Shown here one piece after another: positions 28,631 through 41,051 of a stretch of DNA of 64,000 nt (within the stretch, counting starts at the first letter, position 1; the number at the start of each line of letters is the position of its first letter). The notes beneath the pieces are model-generated. The model saw only the letters and a list, made by a program, of their open reading frames with translations. It had not been told where the DNA came from and did no database searches. The position numbers and the translations under genes are program-made. Source of the DNA: Azolla caroliniana (Eukaryota > Plantae > Polypodiophyta); NCBI GenBank assembly GCA_043228905.1, contig JBHGNT010000004.1:25420001-25484000 (forward strand). Reading direction: 5' to 3'.

Positions 28631-29503
28631 AGTGTGTCCGAGTTAGTTGAGGAACACTCCCGGAAGGATCTATGGTTTGGCTATTATATGACATGGAGTA
28701 AAGTTCAATTGTATGGTTTTACCACGTAATGAGCAAGCTAGATTGCTAAATTTCTATTCAACCACCACTCATGATGTTACAGTGTTTTCTCGTGTTGGAT
28801 TGATTGATATATCGGAAGTGTGTTCAATTTACTATGAATCAATAGCCACCAAGTAAGTCTACTGAATACCATTACTAATCAAGTGGTTAATCATATGGTT
28901 AATTGATCCCAAATCGATTGTTTCAGATCATTGCCTCCCAAGTCTCGTTAATTAAATGTATCAATGGTTTCATGCCAGGATTTTACTGCTTTAATTAAAT
29001 GACCCAGATCCGTGCGTCCAATCAATTCACACTATCATTAATCCGTAGAAATTACTCTACATAACGAAACCTATAAATTAAAGTCAAATTCGTTATTTAA
29101 TTTTTCGGATTAATCTCTCTAGGTTACTTACCCTTTGGCTAATCAAAAAGCTTGAAATATTAAAGAAGTAAACACGGAATCGATCATTTCCCTATAATCG
29201 TTAATCCATCTTGGCGAACTCTACGTAAGCAAACATATTGGATTCAATCGTTTTTCCCTGATGAATCCCGCCAAATCATTACCTCTAATTTGAATGTCCA
29301 AACCTTTTTTTACCACTTTGACAAAGAAGAGGTGAGCGGGAGTTTTCAAGATCGTTTATAAGCAAAAGGGCATTTAGAAAAGGCAAAAAAATCAAATTAC
29401 ACAGTGTAGGCCAAAAATGCGGGGTATATAGCTTAATGGCGAGAACAGCCCAAATTTTGATGCTGCCGTGGGTGTTTCCAAAGATTGGGGCGATGCCTAT
29501 CAG

Positions 29504-29543
<40 letters not shown>

Positions 29544-29949
29544 GGATCGATCAATCCATCGCGGGGGGGGGGGGGTGGGTAAGGTATAATAATTTTGCTG
29601 TATGAATATGGTGTAATTTAGGGCAACCCAGTTGAGTTTGTTATTGAATTGAATTGAAGATTCAGCTATGTAGGAATATTAAGCAGATTGATGGCCTTCT
29701 TTAAATTCAGAGTTGTGAGAGATAGTATGTATTAGCACACATTATATATATATATACAGACACACATATGCTTCTTGTATGATTTTTAAAATGAAGAGGG
29801 AAGGTTTTAGCAGAATCCGAACTCGAGGGGGAAAGGGAAAGGGGGGGGCAGCGGGGCGGGGCGGCCGGAAACAGGTATATAAAGAAATAATGATAAGGTT
29901 CAAGGGGGATTCAGAATTAAAGGGAAGTGTATAGGGTATTATGAAAGAA

Positions 29950-30924
29950 TCAGATGGGGATGATCCTGGATTGGGCCTCGGCCTCGGCATCACGCTTCGC
30001 CTCACGGCTCCATTTCCAGCGCAAGAAGACGAATGCTGCGACCACGAAGAGCCAGTAGCAGATGTAGGCGGCAAGCGTCCCCTGCGTGGCCTCGTCCCGC
30101 CAGCCGACCAACGTATTCAACAATGCCCAAATGTTGTTGCCGCTTTGGTGACAACAATCCAGCTTCCACACGAATGTCTCATTCTCCGTGTACTCCTCGA
30201 ACTCGTGCACCGAGCCGACGAACAGTCCGGCCGCTATGACCAGCAAGAGTAGGGTCGCGGCATTGAGGAAGTACTTGAAGGCCGCGCGGTTGCCCCCCTT
30301 GTAGAGGAGGTAGCCGATGAGAATCCCACAAATGGCCCCGACTACGGCCGGGATGGGGTATGCGGTCCCCGACCCCTCCAGCCCGATCCCGCCCAAGAAG
30401 ATCACCGCCTCCACGCCTTCGCGCAACACCATTGTGAAAGGGATGAGGAAGAGCGCATACTTCCCCCTCTTGCTCTTCGCCAGGCTCTCCGCAGTACCCT
30501 CGTCGACCACCGCACCGTCCGATCCCCCGGCCGCCTTTTGGGACGATAGCGCGTCCACCGTGACCTTGGTCAACTTCTTCTCCCATTTCTCCCTCCATGT
30601 GTCCACCCGGATCATGGAGAAGGCCATGAGTGTGATGAGCACCACTGCGATGAGGCCCAGGATGCCCTCCCACAGCGCCTCCGACTGCTCCCACGCCTCC
30701 TTTGCCACGGTGTAGTACAGGGAGAGGAAGACGGCGGCCGTAATGAGGCAGACGGCGAGCGCGAGGCCCACCCCAAGCCACACCTGGCGCTTCATGCGCT
30801 TGCGGCCCAGCCCGTCCGGGACCAGCTTGTTAATGAGGGCCAACATGACCGAGAGGATGATGGATGCCTCAAATGTCTCACGGAAGAGGATGAAGAATGC
30901 CGGGACACTGAAGAGCTCGACCAT
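29950..30924 (-). CDS. FTR1: High-affinity iron permease, FTR1 family (fungal type), copy A, 324 aa, intronless
   Basis: FSVPAFFILFRETFEASII (first REXXE), VWLGV, WEGILGLIA, WREKWEKKL, LREGVEAVIFLGG (second REXXE), IAAGLF, VWKLDCC and LVGWRDEATQGT.AY.CYW. About seven hydrophobic segments in an uninterrupted ORF. Confidence 0.95.
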   Translation of the reverse strand: MVELFSVPAFFILFRETFEASIILSVMLALINKLVPDGLGRKRMKRQVWLGVGLALAVCLITAAVFLSLYYTVAKEAWEQSEALWEGILGLIAVVLITLMAFSMIRVDTWREKWEKKLTKVTVDALSSQKAAGGSDGAVVDEGTAESLAKSKRGKYALFLIPFTMVLREGVEAVIFLGGIGLEGSGTAYPIPAVVGAICGILIGYLLYKGGNRAAFKYFLNAATLLLLVIAAGLFVGSVHEFEEYTENETFVWKLDCCHQSGNNIWALLNTLVGWRDEATQGTLAAYICYWLFVVAAFVFLRWKWSREAKRDAEAEAQSRIIPI

Positions 30925-31021
30925 CGTGGCGGTGGTGTTCGGGTACCGGCGATACTACTAGTTGCTCGGGAAGAATTGGGATCGGGAGAGTTGTTAGTTA
31001 TTAAGTGAATTAGGACCCCTC

Positions 31022-31028
31022 TTTTATA
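31022..31028 (-). promoter_or_regulatory. Putative TATA box of FTR1 copy A
   Basis: TATAAAA on the minus strand about 100 bp upstream of the ATG at 30924. An equivalent element lies upstream of copy B. Confidence 0.55.
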
Positions 31029-31192
31029 GAGAGGGTTGGGATAGTTGTTGTTGGTAGCTTGCCTTAACCAATGTCAAGTGTTGGCTAGCTATTATATACT
31101 ACTAGTGGGTAGGGTTGGGTTGGGTGGGGGGGGGATGGCCACTTTGACTTTAGCTTCCCAACTTTACACTCGCGGACAACGGGAATGGTACT

Positions 31193-31232
<40 letters not shown>

Positions 31233-32449
31233 TGAGCTTGGCTCAGAGCTCGAGCATGGCACACGCTTGCATGTGTTCCTCTTTCGGCTTGTGAGTGGAT
31301 TCGGCCCCTCCCACTTAAACAAAACGAAGTTTTCTCATTACTTTATTTGTATGGTTTCCTTCATTGAATGTATTAACTATGGATTCATACCTATACTAAA
31401 AGTCTTACCCTCACTATGTCCATGTTCCCCTTAGGGGTCACCACGAAGGGACCCACCCACAGTTGTGGTAACCTTTTCGTTTCAAGTGTCCGTATCAAAT
31501 CATCATCGATATATATATATATATATATATTTGTCCTGCCTTGTGCCCTCCTTTCATCAATCCAATAGTTATGAAGTAACTTCTCATCTTTTCCAACTAC
31601 CTACATTGAACCCCATAACTTATGATCCTCACAATTCATCAGTAATTCACCCCATTCATTGTAATACATGCCCATTTTGTGCTCTTTACATCAATAGGAG
31701 TTGTGCATGCTTGTCCTTTACGGATAGACTTGTACCCAACCACGATTTTATGGGACGTGTAACTTCCAAGCTTGCATGTTAATCCTATTGGGATGACATA
31801 CAATATAATTATTTTTGTCTACGTGATAGCCACATCTCACGAGTTATGACACTTTATACACAATGTCTTAAAATCTTTTAAAATGTCATCTCACACATGT
31901 TCTATGTTTTAATAAACTATCCATCAAACAAGGGGGTAATATTAGAAAAAAGTATATACCTCTAGACAAAAATGGGATCGGAAGAGTCCTAAATTTCATA
32001 AAAAGATGCCAATATTTGAGAATGGGAAATCTTCCAATATTGCTAATTGGGATGTCTTGTAAGCTACATTATTTGCAATTATGGAAGTGTTCCCATTCAT
32101 AATACTTAGATGACGACTATGGAATCTCTCTAAGGTGTTGTGGGACTAAGAGACATAAAGCTTTACTTTGTCCCTCTCTCTCTGTCTCATGTTCAATCCT
32201 CGGCATGAGCTAGGTGGCCCACTCTCATAAATCTCAATGAGTCTCCCATAGACATAAAAAAGATATGCCTCTCACGCACGCGCGCGCGCACGCACGCACA
32301 CACACTTAGAGGTAGTCATTCAAACCTCGAGCAATATGTCATTATGTGCTTAGTTGGAGTTCTAGAATCTCTTCATATATCTAGGTACACTTATGTTTAG
32401 AATTATATCATTTATTTGTGTAATATCTAGTGTAATTATATCTACATTT

Positions 32450-34586
32450 GGTTTGGTAAGGAAGATCATACAACTTGGGCCAAGGTGGCGTGACATATAC
32501 TCACATCACCTAAGTCTAGAGGAGGATTGGGTCTTATTGATCCCCTCTCACAATCAAAAGCCCTACGCGTCAAATTTGTGGTGCGAGGACTCCAACCAGG
32601 GAATGACTACTGGAAAATGTTATTGCGGTTACACTTCGCTTACTTTAGGCCACGAAAGGGACCAATTGCCCCCCCCCAAACTAGATGGATTCTAAACATG
32701 GATCTCAAACCTAGTTTCTCCCGCCAACTGGAGGATAGATTTAGTGCATCCATGTGGAAGGCGTGGTGTGACATTAGACGAGGACTCAAGTGCGATCAAC
32801 CCAATTCCGAACATGCCTGGCTCGGTCAACGTATCCTATGGAACCCATGTATTAGGGATGAATCTAATCAACTAATTGGATCAAGTAAGGGGCTGTCATG
32901 GGGATACATGTTGGAAGGTCCAGGAAAAAGTATAGAATGTTGGAGACGGTTTATGTCATTGCCAATACAAGACCAAGCCAGCATCCTCCATGGAATCATG
33001 GGCGGATGGGCTATGAGATCTGAAATCATTAACGCTCTACTGATTAGTGAAGTTGCTCATCAAAGGACGACAACGGAGAAATGGATAAGCTACAATCAGG
33101 AGGGCTCTTTGATCCCAAGAGGTAGGGACACACCGGACAGGATCGAAGGCTTTGAATTGTAGGACAACGAGACATCAACACAACGTAAGGCAATTCGAGT
33201 ACTAGCATATACTGGGCATAAATGGATTGTAGATCTTGATATGATTAAACTACAACCAGATTGGCACATATGTACTCATGATAACACATGGCTACGTAAG
33301 GTCAGTTGGGACCCGTTGCAATGGACATGGTGTGATCCTTGCACGGGGCAAGGACGCAAACCTATCCCTCTCTTTCAATATTCACAACTAGATTGGGTCA
33401 CCATATTATAGCCGCTCCATCCAACCGAGAGCCGCCTGTTGCAAAGGTCTGGTACACATATCATGTTCCTTACACAATTATCACCAAGTTTTGGCAGAAA
33501 CTCTGGAAACAATAACACGCGACGCGAATCACCACTTTCTAATGGCTATTACTACATAAGTCACTACCAGTTGGTGCATGGCAGTGTGGGAACCTCAACT
33601 CTCCTAATTGTGTAGCGTGTCCAACTATATTAAAATCCATACGACACGCTCTATGGGACTGCCTAGAGTCCCATCGAATATGCTGGGGGTTGGCCACTTA
33701 TTGCAATTATGCTAGGTGCAAGGCTCAATCAAGTGGGGGAATGTATGTTGGCTATCATGGCAAGCCCCAATTGACAGTTATGAGCATCAGGAAGAGGGGA
33801 TGACTTTGGTTATAAAAGCACAAGAGACATTTTCTCCACGGTCATCGACAATATCCACTCAACTCCTATTAGTGCCAACTCTTAAGTTGTGTTGGACTTG
33901 GTCAGCCCAATAACTCTTTGGATTCTATGGAAACAACGGTGTAGACGGGTCTTCTCCAACCAAAGCGCACAATCAATAATGTTAATGCAAGAGATATGGA
34001 GTGAAGTTGTAGCCACTCTAAAGAGCCAATATGATGGCCTCAAGGGCAACTTTGATAGAGTTGAAAGACAACGACTAGCCTTTATCCAACAATGGTCGTC
34101 CTCTCCCTTTCTTGAGGCAGTGGGCATCCACATAAGATGGACCTATTGTTGAGAAATCGTTGCGGAATTTAAATCACAATGAACAGACAATGCTGAAATA
34201 CGAATCACAGAAAGACAAGATAGACAACTATGCACAGAGATTTATGTGGAAACCCTAAAACGGGAAAAACCGTGGGAACAGAACTTCACTATAGACAGTG
34301 GATATACAATTATCATCAACTCGGCTCCTCTCTCTTCCCCTCCGGAGAGACCTGTTTCCTAACATCATCATCATTATTACCATAATAATAATAATCGAAT
34401 TCTCAAACAGTTGACTCACTGTTTTCGACTCTTCGACTGTCGGTTTTCCGAACAATTGGCTCTTCCTTCCATTGGAGGGATATATTCTTAGCACCTATTG
34501 TGTCCCTATAGGGATTTGTATATAATAATCTCATCTATAAAATCTTTATAACTAATGGAAGGAGTTGTTTTTTGGAAAAAAAAAAA
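32450..34586 (+). mobile_element. 5'-truncated LINE (ORF2 C-terminus with zf-RVT-like region and poly-A tail), interrupted by a solo LTR
   Basis: GGLGLIDPLSQSKAL, C..C...KSIRHALWDC and ITLWILWKQRCRRVF, with an A-run at about 34577-34586. Confidence 0.82.
34147..34493. mobile_element. Solo LTR (Copia-like) nested in the LINE
   Basis: TG...CA termini (TGTTGAGAA / TTCTTAGCA), a 5-bp TSD CCTAT on both sides, and a gtggaaaccc...gggaaaaacc motif shared with the LTR at 39863. Confidence 0.85.
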
Positions 34587-34674
34587 CCTTCTTATTTCGA
34601 AGTTGAGATCATGCAAACCCTTCAAACCAAATATACTATATATCACAAAAACAAGCCTTTGAATATATATAAGT

Positions 34675-34895
34675 TTTTTAGTAACACTTTTATTACTAGT
34701 GGGAAACCTCAAATGAGGTGAAAACCTACAAAGAATAAAGAGAAATATACAATTGTTGATTAGACACTAAAGATCTTAGAAGCACTCAAAGTAAAGAGTG
34801 TAAATTTGCAGTGTGATGTCTCTAAGTTGCAAAGAATCAAATAGAGATGCTTGAGGGTTTGCTTAAAGAAGCTAACTTCATGTACTTCAAAGTTG
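34675..34895 (-). mobile_element. Short 3' end of a non-LTR retroelement; second copy at ~54875-55065
   Basis: A highly similar block (tttttagtaacacttttattact...aagaagctaacttcatgta) occurs at both sites. On the minus strand it ends AATAAAAGTGTTACT followed by poly-A. Confidence 0.7.
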
Positions 34896-35310
34896 GTTCC
34901 ATGCTTCAAAGATATATGACACGTTCAATGAGACTCGGTGAGAAAACCCCATAGCTTCTCTATCACCAACATTCCACCAACTTGTTTGAACCACTACACA
35001 AGTAGTTAACTTTCTACGAGGGTAAATCCAAGGCTAATAGTAAAGAAAACAATGTTAAACATAATCACAAAAAAGAGGTCTTAATATGTTTTAAATTTCA
35101 GAAAATAGTGTTTATCCTTGAGGATGAGAATTTTTCCGATTGTGCTAATTGAAACTTCGTGATCCATATGATCCACATTACGTAAACATTAGCATTAGTA
35201 TCATTGGAGTAGATAAAGTCTCTAAGGTGTTATGAAACTAAAATCTTGACTTTATATACAAGGATTAAGTTTAAAATAAAAGGTACGAGCAAATATGGCA
35301 TGTGTTAGGT

Positions 35311-36110
35311 TCGAACTCGCGCATGGCACACGATTGCATGTGTTTCTCCTTCTTCTTCTCAGTGGATATGCCCCCACATAGAAAAAATGAACTTATTAGT
35401 TTAATGTATGGTTTCTTTCATTGAATGTATTAATTATCATTACTACATATGATAAAAATCCTATCCTTGCTATCATCTTCTCCTTAGGGTTCGCGGGGAC
35501 CACATGCATGGCCATTCACACAAGTCATAACTTTTTTGTTTCAATATGCATTTGTATCAAATCATCACTATATACTTTTCCTCCTTGTGCCCTCTTTATT
35601 TATCCAAAATTCATGGGAACTTCTCATCTTTTCCAACAACTTACATCAAACTTCACAAATTAAGGGCATGGTAATTCATCGCCAAGTTCCTTGACACATT
35701 ATACATGCCCATTATGTATTCTTTATGTCAATATCAGTTGTTTATGCTTACCTATTACGGATTGGACTCATACCCTAAGATTTCATTGTTTATTAATCCT
35801 ATTGGGATAACAAATTTGGGCCTTGAATGTTAGAATATCATGCTTCAATTGGTTTGGCTTCTCAAAATTCTCAAGTTTTGAAACATGTCATGGATTAATG
35901 TCCAAGAAATAACATATTTAATGAAATACAATTATTAACCTAGTGTATCTAAATTAGATCCAACTCTCACGATACTTGACATGCACCAGTAGAACAAGCC
36001 AAAAACTAACTTTTGAAATATATTAAAATGTCATCTCTCACATGTTCTATTTTTTAAAACTTTACCAAAGGATAGCATTAGAAAATCCTTATATACCTCT
36101 AAACCAAAAG
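35311..36110 (+). repeat. Diverged duplicate of the FTR1-A upstream region (~31245-31975)
   Basis: Collinear shared blocks: gcatggcacacg.ttgcatgtgtt, tgtatggtttc.ttcattgaatgtattaa, aacttctcatcttttccaac, ttaatcctattgggat, aaaatgtcatctc.cacatgttctat and tatacctcta. Confidence 0.8.
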
Positions 36111-37724
36111 TAATAGAGTAGTAAGACACAACTTTTCCCTTCCATGAAAATCATTGCTAGACTATAAATATTAGCATTTACTTTTTGCAAGAAGAGATAT
36201 AAGAATTTCAATACTAGTAATATGTAAAAATAAGTTGAACCAACAATTCCGTTAGATAGATCTTGATATGAACAATTATTGAATGAGACTACAATGTTGT
36301 TGGAACGAGGGATCCTTGTAGTGATATTCAATTTAAATAGAGAAAAATTTGAAAAAAACAAGGATCTATCAAAGTTCTCCAAGGGGAAATTATTAAGTTT
36401 TATCAAAGGTCATTTCCAAGAAGGTGAGAACACATCACGTTCGTGCCATAAGGACTTCATTGCAAAATTTATTTCAAAATGGGTTTTGTCGAAACAATGG
36501 GCTTGGGCAATGGGTTGTGTAAAGGAAAATTAATTAAACAACGCATGGACCAATAGTGAGTATTGTAAGGCAATTGTGTCCTTATCTCACTTTCTATATA
36601 AGACATCTAAAAGCTATACGTCCCATGGAGTAAAACGACCCCAAGCTTTAGCTTCTTGCAAATCAAGGCCATATTAGGTCATATGTCATTAATTGGCCTT
36701 CATGTACCTACACCATCCTTTTAGATAGAAGATTCTTTCAAGAATCAAATTGAGGGTTTGGATTAAATTCATATAGGTCTTGAGCTTTTTTACTATGATG
36801 ATCCCCTTGTACTTAGCATATGTTTGTATCTTTGTGGAGGTGTGGAAAGAGTTCTCATAATGCATTGGAAATGGGAACTTCCAACCCTACATGTGCAAGA
36901 TGTGGATCATTGGAATTTCCTTTGAGAACATCTTTCTATTATTTGTAAGAGCCAATATTATTGTCAAAATATGGATCTTGAAAAAGTTGATGAAGTTCAT
37001 TGTGAGGTTTCCCAAGTGTCATAGTGCTGCAAGCTCATTGGATGCTAATTGCCTCAAGACATGATCAATATAGACCTTATGGATGTCTAAACAATATTAG
37101 CTTGTTAAAAAACCTTGGGTGCTTTTCTCTAGGTTTTTTTGCATGATAGTTTTAATTTGAACGATAAAGCAAAAGATCATTGAGCTCCTTATGCCATGCT
37201 CTTTACTTTTCTCTTAAAATTTAACTAATATTTAGGGCCTACACACACTCAGGAATCGGGATAACTTTAGGTCATAAAAAATATTCAATGATATGTAATC
37301 CAATTCATGAAGTCAAGATGGTGCCACGGGCGGTCCAAAACAAATGAACTATTAATAGATGCTTAAGATTCTAGGTTGTAAGGTAGTAAGACTTGGTCTA
37401 GATTTGAGTTTTGACATTGCAATGAATTCAGGCTACATATCAATTTATTAGATACTTTTATTTTAGTGTTGTCCCAAGCTCAGTGCATGTGGACCACATT
37501 ATTTTCGACTCTATTGACATGTTTGTTAAATAGGTTGTCATAAATGTTGTTCTCGTTGTGAGATTATGATGAAGTTCAACTTATAACCTCGTTTACAATT
37601 TTGCAATACAGTTTCAAGCGGTATTTCTATAAATGTGTTATAACTTCAACATTGTTCATTGCCCATCTATTCTTATTTCCATTTTACGTGTTTGGGAACA
37701 ATACACAATGGTCAATGAAATGGA

Positions 37725-38116
37725 GTAGAGTTTAAAATGTGACATAAGATTCTAAAGTGCCTGATTTGCATCTTCTCTCTATGTTTGACATTCACAAGTG
37801 TCAAACACACACACACACACACACACAAACATTTACATGTATGAGTAACCAAAGTCCTAGTTAAGATGGTTATGTTCATTATCATATGGCATGTATATGC
37901 CCTAGCCAACTCAAAGACACAAAAGTAGAGTTAAAAATGTGACATAAGATTCTAAAGTGTCTGATTTGCATCTTCTCTCTATGTTTGACATTCACAAGTG
38001 TCAAACACACACACACAAACACAAACATTTACATGTATACCAAAGTCCTAGTTAAGATGGTTATGTTCATTATCATACGGCATGTATATGCCCTAGCCAA
38101 CTCAAAGACACAAAAA
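37725..38116 (+). repeat. Two-copy ~195-200 bp tandem duplication
   Basis: gtagagtt..aaaatgtgacataagattctaaagtg...cctagccaactcaaagacacaaaa occurs twice, differing mainly in (CA)n length. Confidence 0.92.
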
Positions 38117-39862
38117 GTCAAGCACTACGCTTGAAATATAAATGATTGGACGAGTTGTGTATCTATCAATGCATGCATTTATATATTGAATCCATTGTAG
38201 GAGTTATGAAAGAATATTCTAGAACATCAAAAGATTAGGATCCACAAACAAACTTCTAAAGAATGAATGTTGTACATGACATGCAAATCTTTCACAAATT
38301 GAATTTCCATTCCAAGGAATATGACTCACTAATACTTAATTTTGTTTGAGATCATATGTTGTTCAAGGAAAAGCTATTGAATGAAACATATGTATAACAA
38401 AAAACACTATCTATTGAATATATTCTACCACAATGAGGTTTGAATAACTATTGCTAAATTTCATAAATAAATACCACAATCTATGAGGATGGGAATTCGT
38501 CCAATCTAGTTGGCTACGATAGTCATAAGCCACATTATCCAAAATTCGGTAAGTTAGTGTCATGAGTATTATTAGAGTAGGTAAAGTCTGTAAGGTGTTT
38601 TGAGACTAGGGGAACCCACACTCTCCTCTCTCTCTCTCTCTCTCTCTCTCCCTCTCACTCATACATACACACCCCAACACTATCACTCATTAGGCTGGCT
38701 AGCCATTCAAAACTTCATGCGACAAAACCGGCTTTAAACCTCCCGCAAAAAGCTTTGTACGAGATTTTTATTTATTTTTATACTTCTTATTGGAAATCCA
38801 TCTTATTTCAAAAGTTGGAGAATCATGCACACAAATAGTTTGGTCCTCCCAAAGGCTTCAACCCAAATGCATATAACACCATATCTACCATACCAATTCA
38901 CAAAACAAGCCTCCAACTTAGTATATGTGTGTCGCCAAGATTTATGCCGGTCTCAATGTTGTCCACAACAGACTCATTGGATGGTAACGCATCCACCATG
39001 ACATGACATTGGTGAGCTCCTAATGAAATTGTTGGATATGTGTGGGCTTGGATGAAAGATGGAAGAGCACAAACAATAAAGGGGTGGGGGTTGACTTTAG
39101 TTGCTGAAATGAAGATATGGTGGCTAAGATATCATCACATATTCTACTTTGTAGCAATTTGGAAGTATAGTCGCAAGCTTCTCTATGGGTCCCTTTTAAG
39201 CATGTGTATAAGCCAATATTGTCTCTAGTGATGTGTCACCATCTTTCATATCGGATTCGAGGTCATTTTGGTGTACTTATGTTTAGTCAGAACTTTGGAT
39301 TTCCGAGCGTAGTTCTACACACACACACACATGTGGGCCCAACTACTGAATCTCTTGCACACTTTCAAATTACCACGTCGTCGGAGACAACAAATACAAT
39401 TGATGCAAAGATTTACAAATACAATTACAACAAATACAATTGATGCAAGGATTTACAAAAACTAGAGCCACTTTCATTGGGTGGGTAAGTTGTTTTAGCC
39501 GAACAACGTAGTTTGTGGACTAGGTTAAATTGGCACGATTTGTGTGTCTGCTCAAGGGCTCGACATCCATGGCCAAGGGCTCCGTGTCCATGGCTCCACC
39601 CCCCCTACTTAGGACATGATCTAGCATTTAGGGGAGGGTTGGACCAATGAGTAACTGAACATGTTGCCCTTTAACACAAATGCTAACAAAATACAAGATC
39701 CTATATTTGTATGATACTCTCTCTTTTTGAGTTTTTAAAAGGAAATTCGAACAATCTATTAGATCTTAGATTTGCGTTGGCAAGAAATGGCAATTAATCA
39801 TAACTTCCTACAAATTTTCTTTTGCAACTGCAGGATTGTTATTCACAACACAATGAGCGATG

Positions 39863-40778
39863 TGTTGGGAATATGGAGCGGAATCGGGATAATTAAAACT
39901 TCAAACACAATTAACACTTGATAACCAATAGATGAAACCACAAGACGAAAATGAGAGTACACCAAGATTTTTAACGTGGAAAACCCAAAATAGGGAAAAA
40001 CCACGGGAACCGTAGGTTCCAAACAACTTCACTATAATTTGGATTACAATGAAATACAACCTCACTAGAGGAATGTATCTACTTCAAGGCAACAACCTCG
40101 GCTAGACAATAGTGGGTACAAATGAGTACGGACTCTCTAGGTTTTGACTAGAAATATGTCCTAGCCGCAAGACAACAACCTTAGCTACAATCTTCACCCG
40201 ATTGGGTGGATACAACAATGACCCAAATATAATTCCTCACCCAATTGGGTGGATAGAAAACCAAAGAAAACAGAAACTAGAAAAACATAAAACGAAGAAA
40301 CCTGAAACAAGTAGACAGGACAGGTGTTGTTCAATCGTGGTTCTTCGATAGCACGAACAGCCCCTCGTAGGTCTTTGTATTTGTAACCGTAGTTCACTCT
40401 TCCTCTTGCTCACTCTTTCGATTTTTGTTTCTCTCTCTCTGTTTTCTGTTTTCGCTCTCTGCACTCTCAGAAAAAACTATTTTCGCTCTTTGTTTTTCTC
40501 TCTGAAAAACTGTTTTCGCTCTCTATTTTCTCTCAGAAAATCACACTGTCTCCCCTTCTCTTTTTTGTCTGTTTTTCTACTTTTGTCTTCTTGTAGTCCA
40601 ACGTCTCTATCTATGTTCACACGCACACACACAAAAAGACACACACCCAAAAAACATACAAAAAGAAAAAAGGCATATATATATATATAAATACAACTAA
40701 TTATAAATTGCCTTAAGCCTATTCGGCGTTCAGCCGACTCAATGTTGTGGGCTCCACTTGAGTGGACAAGCCCCAACA
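39863..40778. mobile_element. Solo LTR (~916 bp, Copia-like)
   Basis: Termini TGTTGGG / CCCAACA and a 5-bp TSD CGATG (39858-39862 and 40779-40783). Confidence 0.88.
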
Positions 40779-41016
40779 CGATGTATTAGCCTTTTCAAGG
40801 ATTATTGCAAATTACATATTGTAATTTGGCCAAAAAGGCAATGATCACTAAAGGTGGAAGTTACGGATGGCCTAGCCCTTTAAGATCTTTATGGCTCACG
40901 GTTATATCTCCAAAACAACCCAATTATTATGGATATAAAAGATTATATATAGATATATACATACACACATATGTATAGGATAGAAGTTTATTAATTAAGA
41001 CAATTTGGTGCTGGAT

Positions 41017-41051
<35 letters not shown>

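Noticed and set aside
28640-29360. Non-repetitive sequence between the Copia element and FTR1-A that looked organelle-like (matK/ycf candidates)
   Set aside because: No convincing translation was found in the frames tried. It would need BLASTN to call.
29950-30924. FTR1 as a fungal contaminant in the assembly
   Set aside because: Two diverged copies are each embedded in plant-type repeats, and their flanks are interleaved with plant TEs. This argues for genuine integration, although a read-level check is still advisable.
29941-30961. Overlapping antisense and alternative-frame ORFs at FTR1-A (and similarly at FTR1-B)
   Set aside because: These are expected shadows of a GC-rich coding sequence and carry no recognisable motifs.
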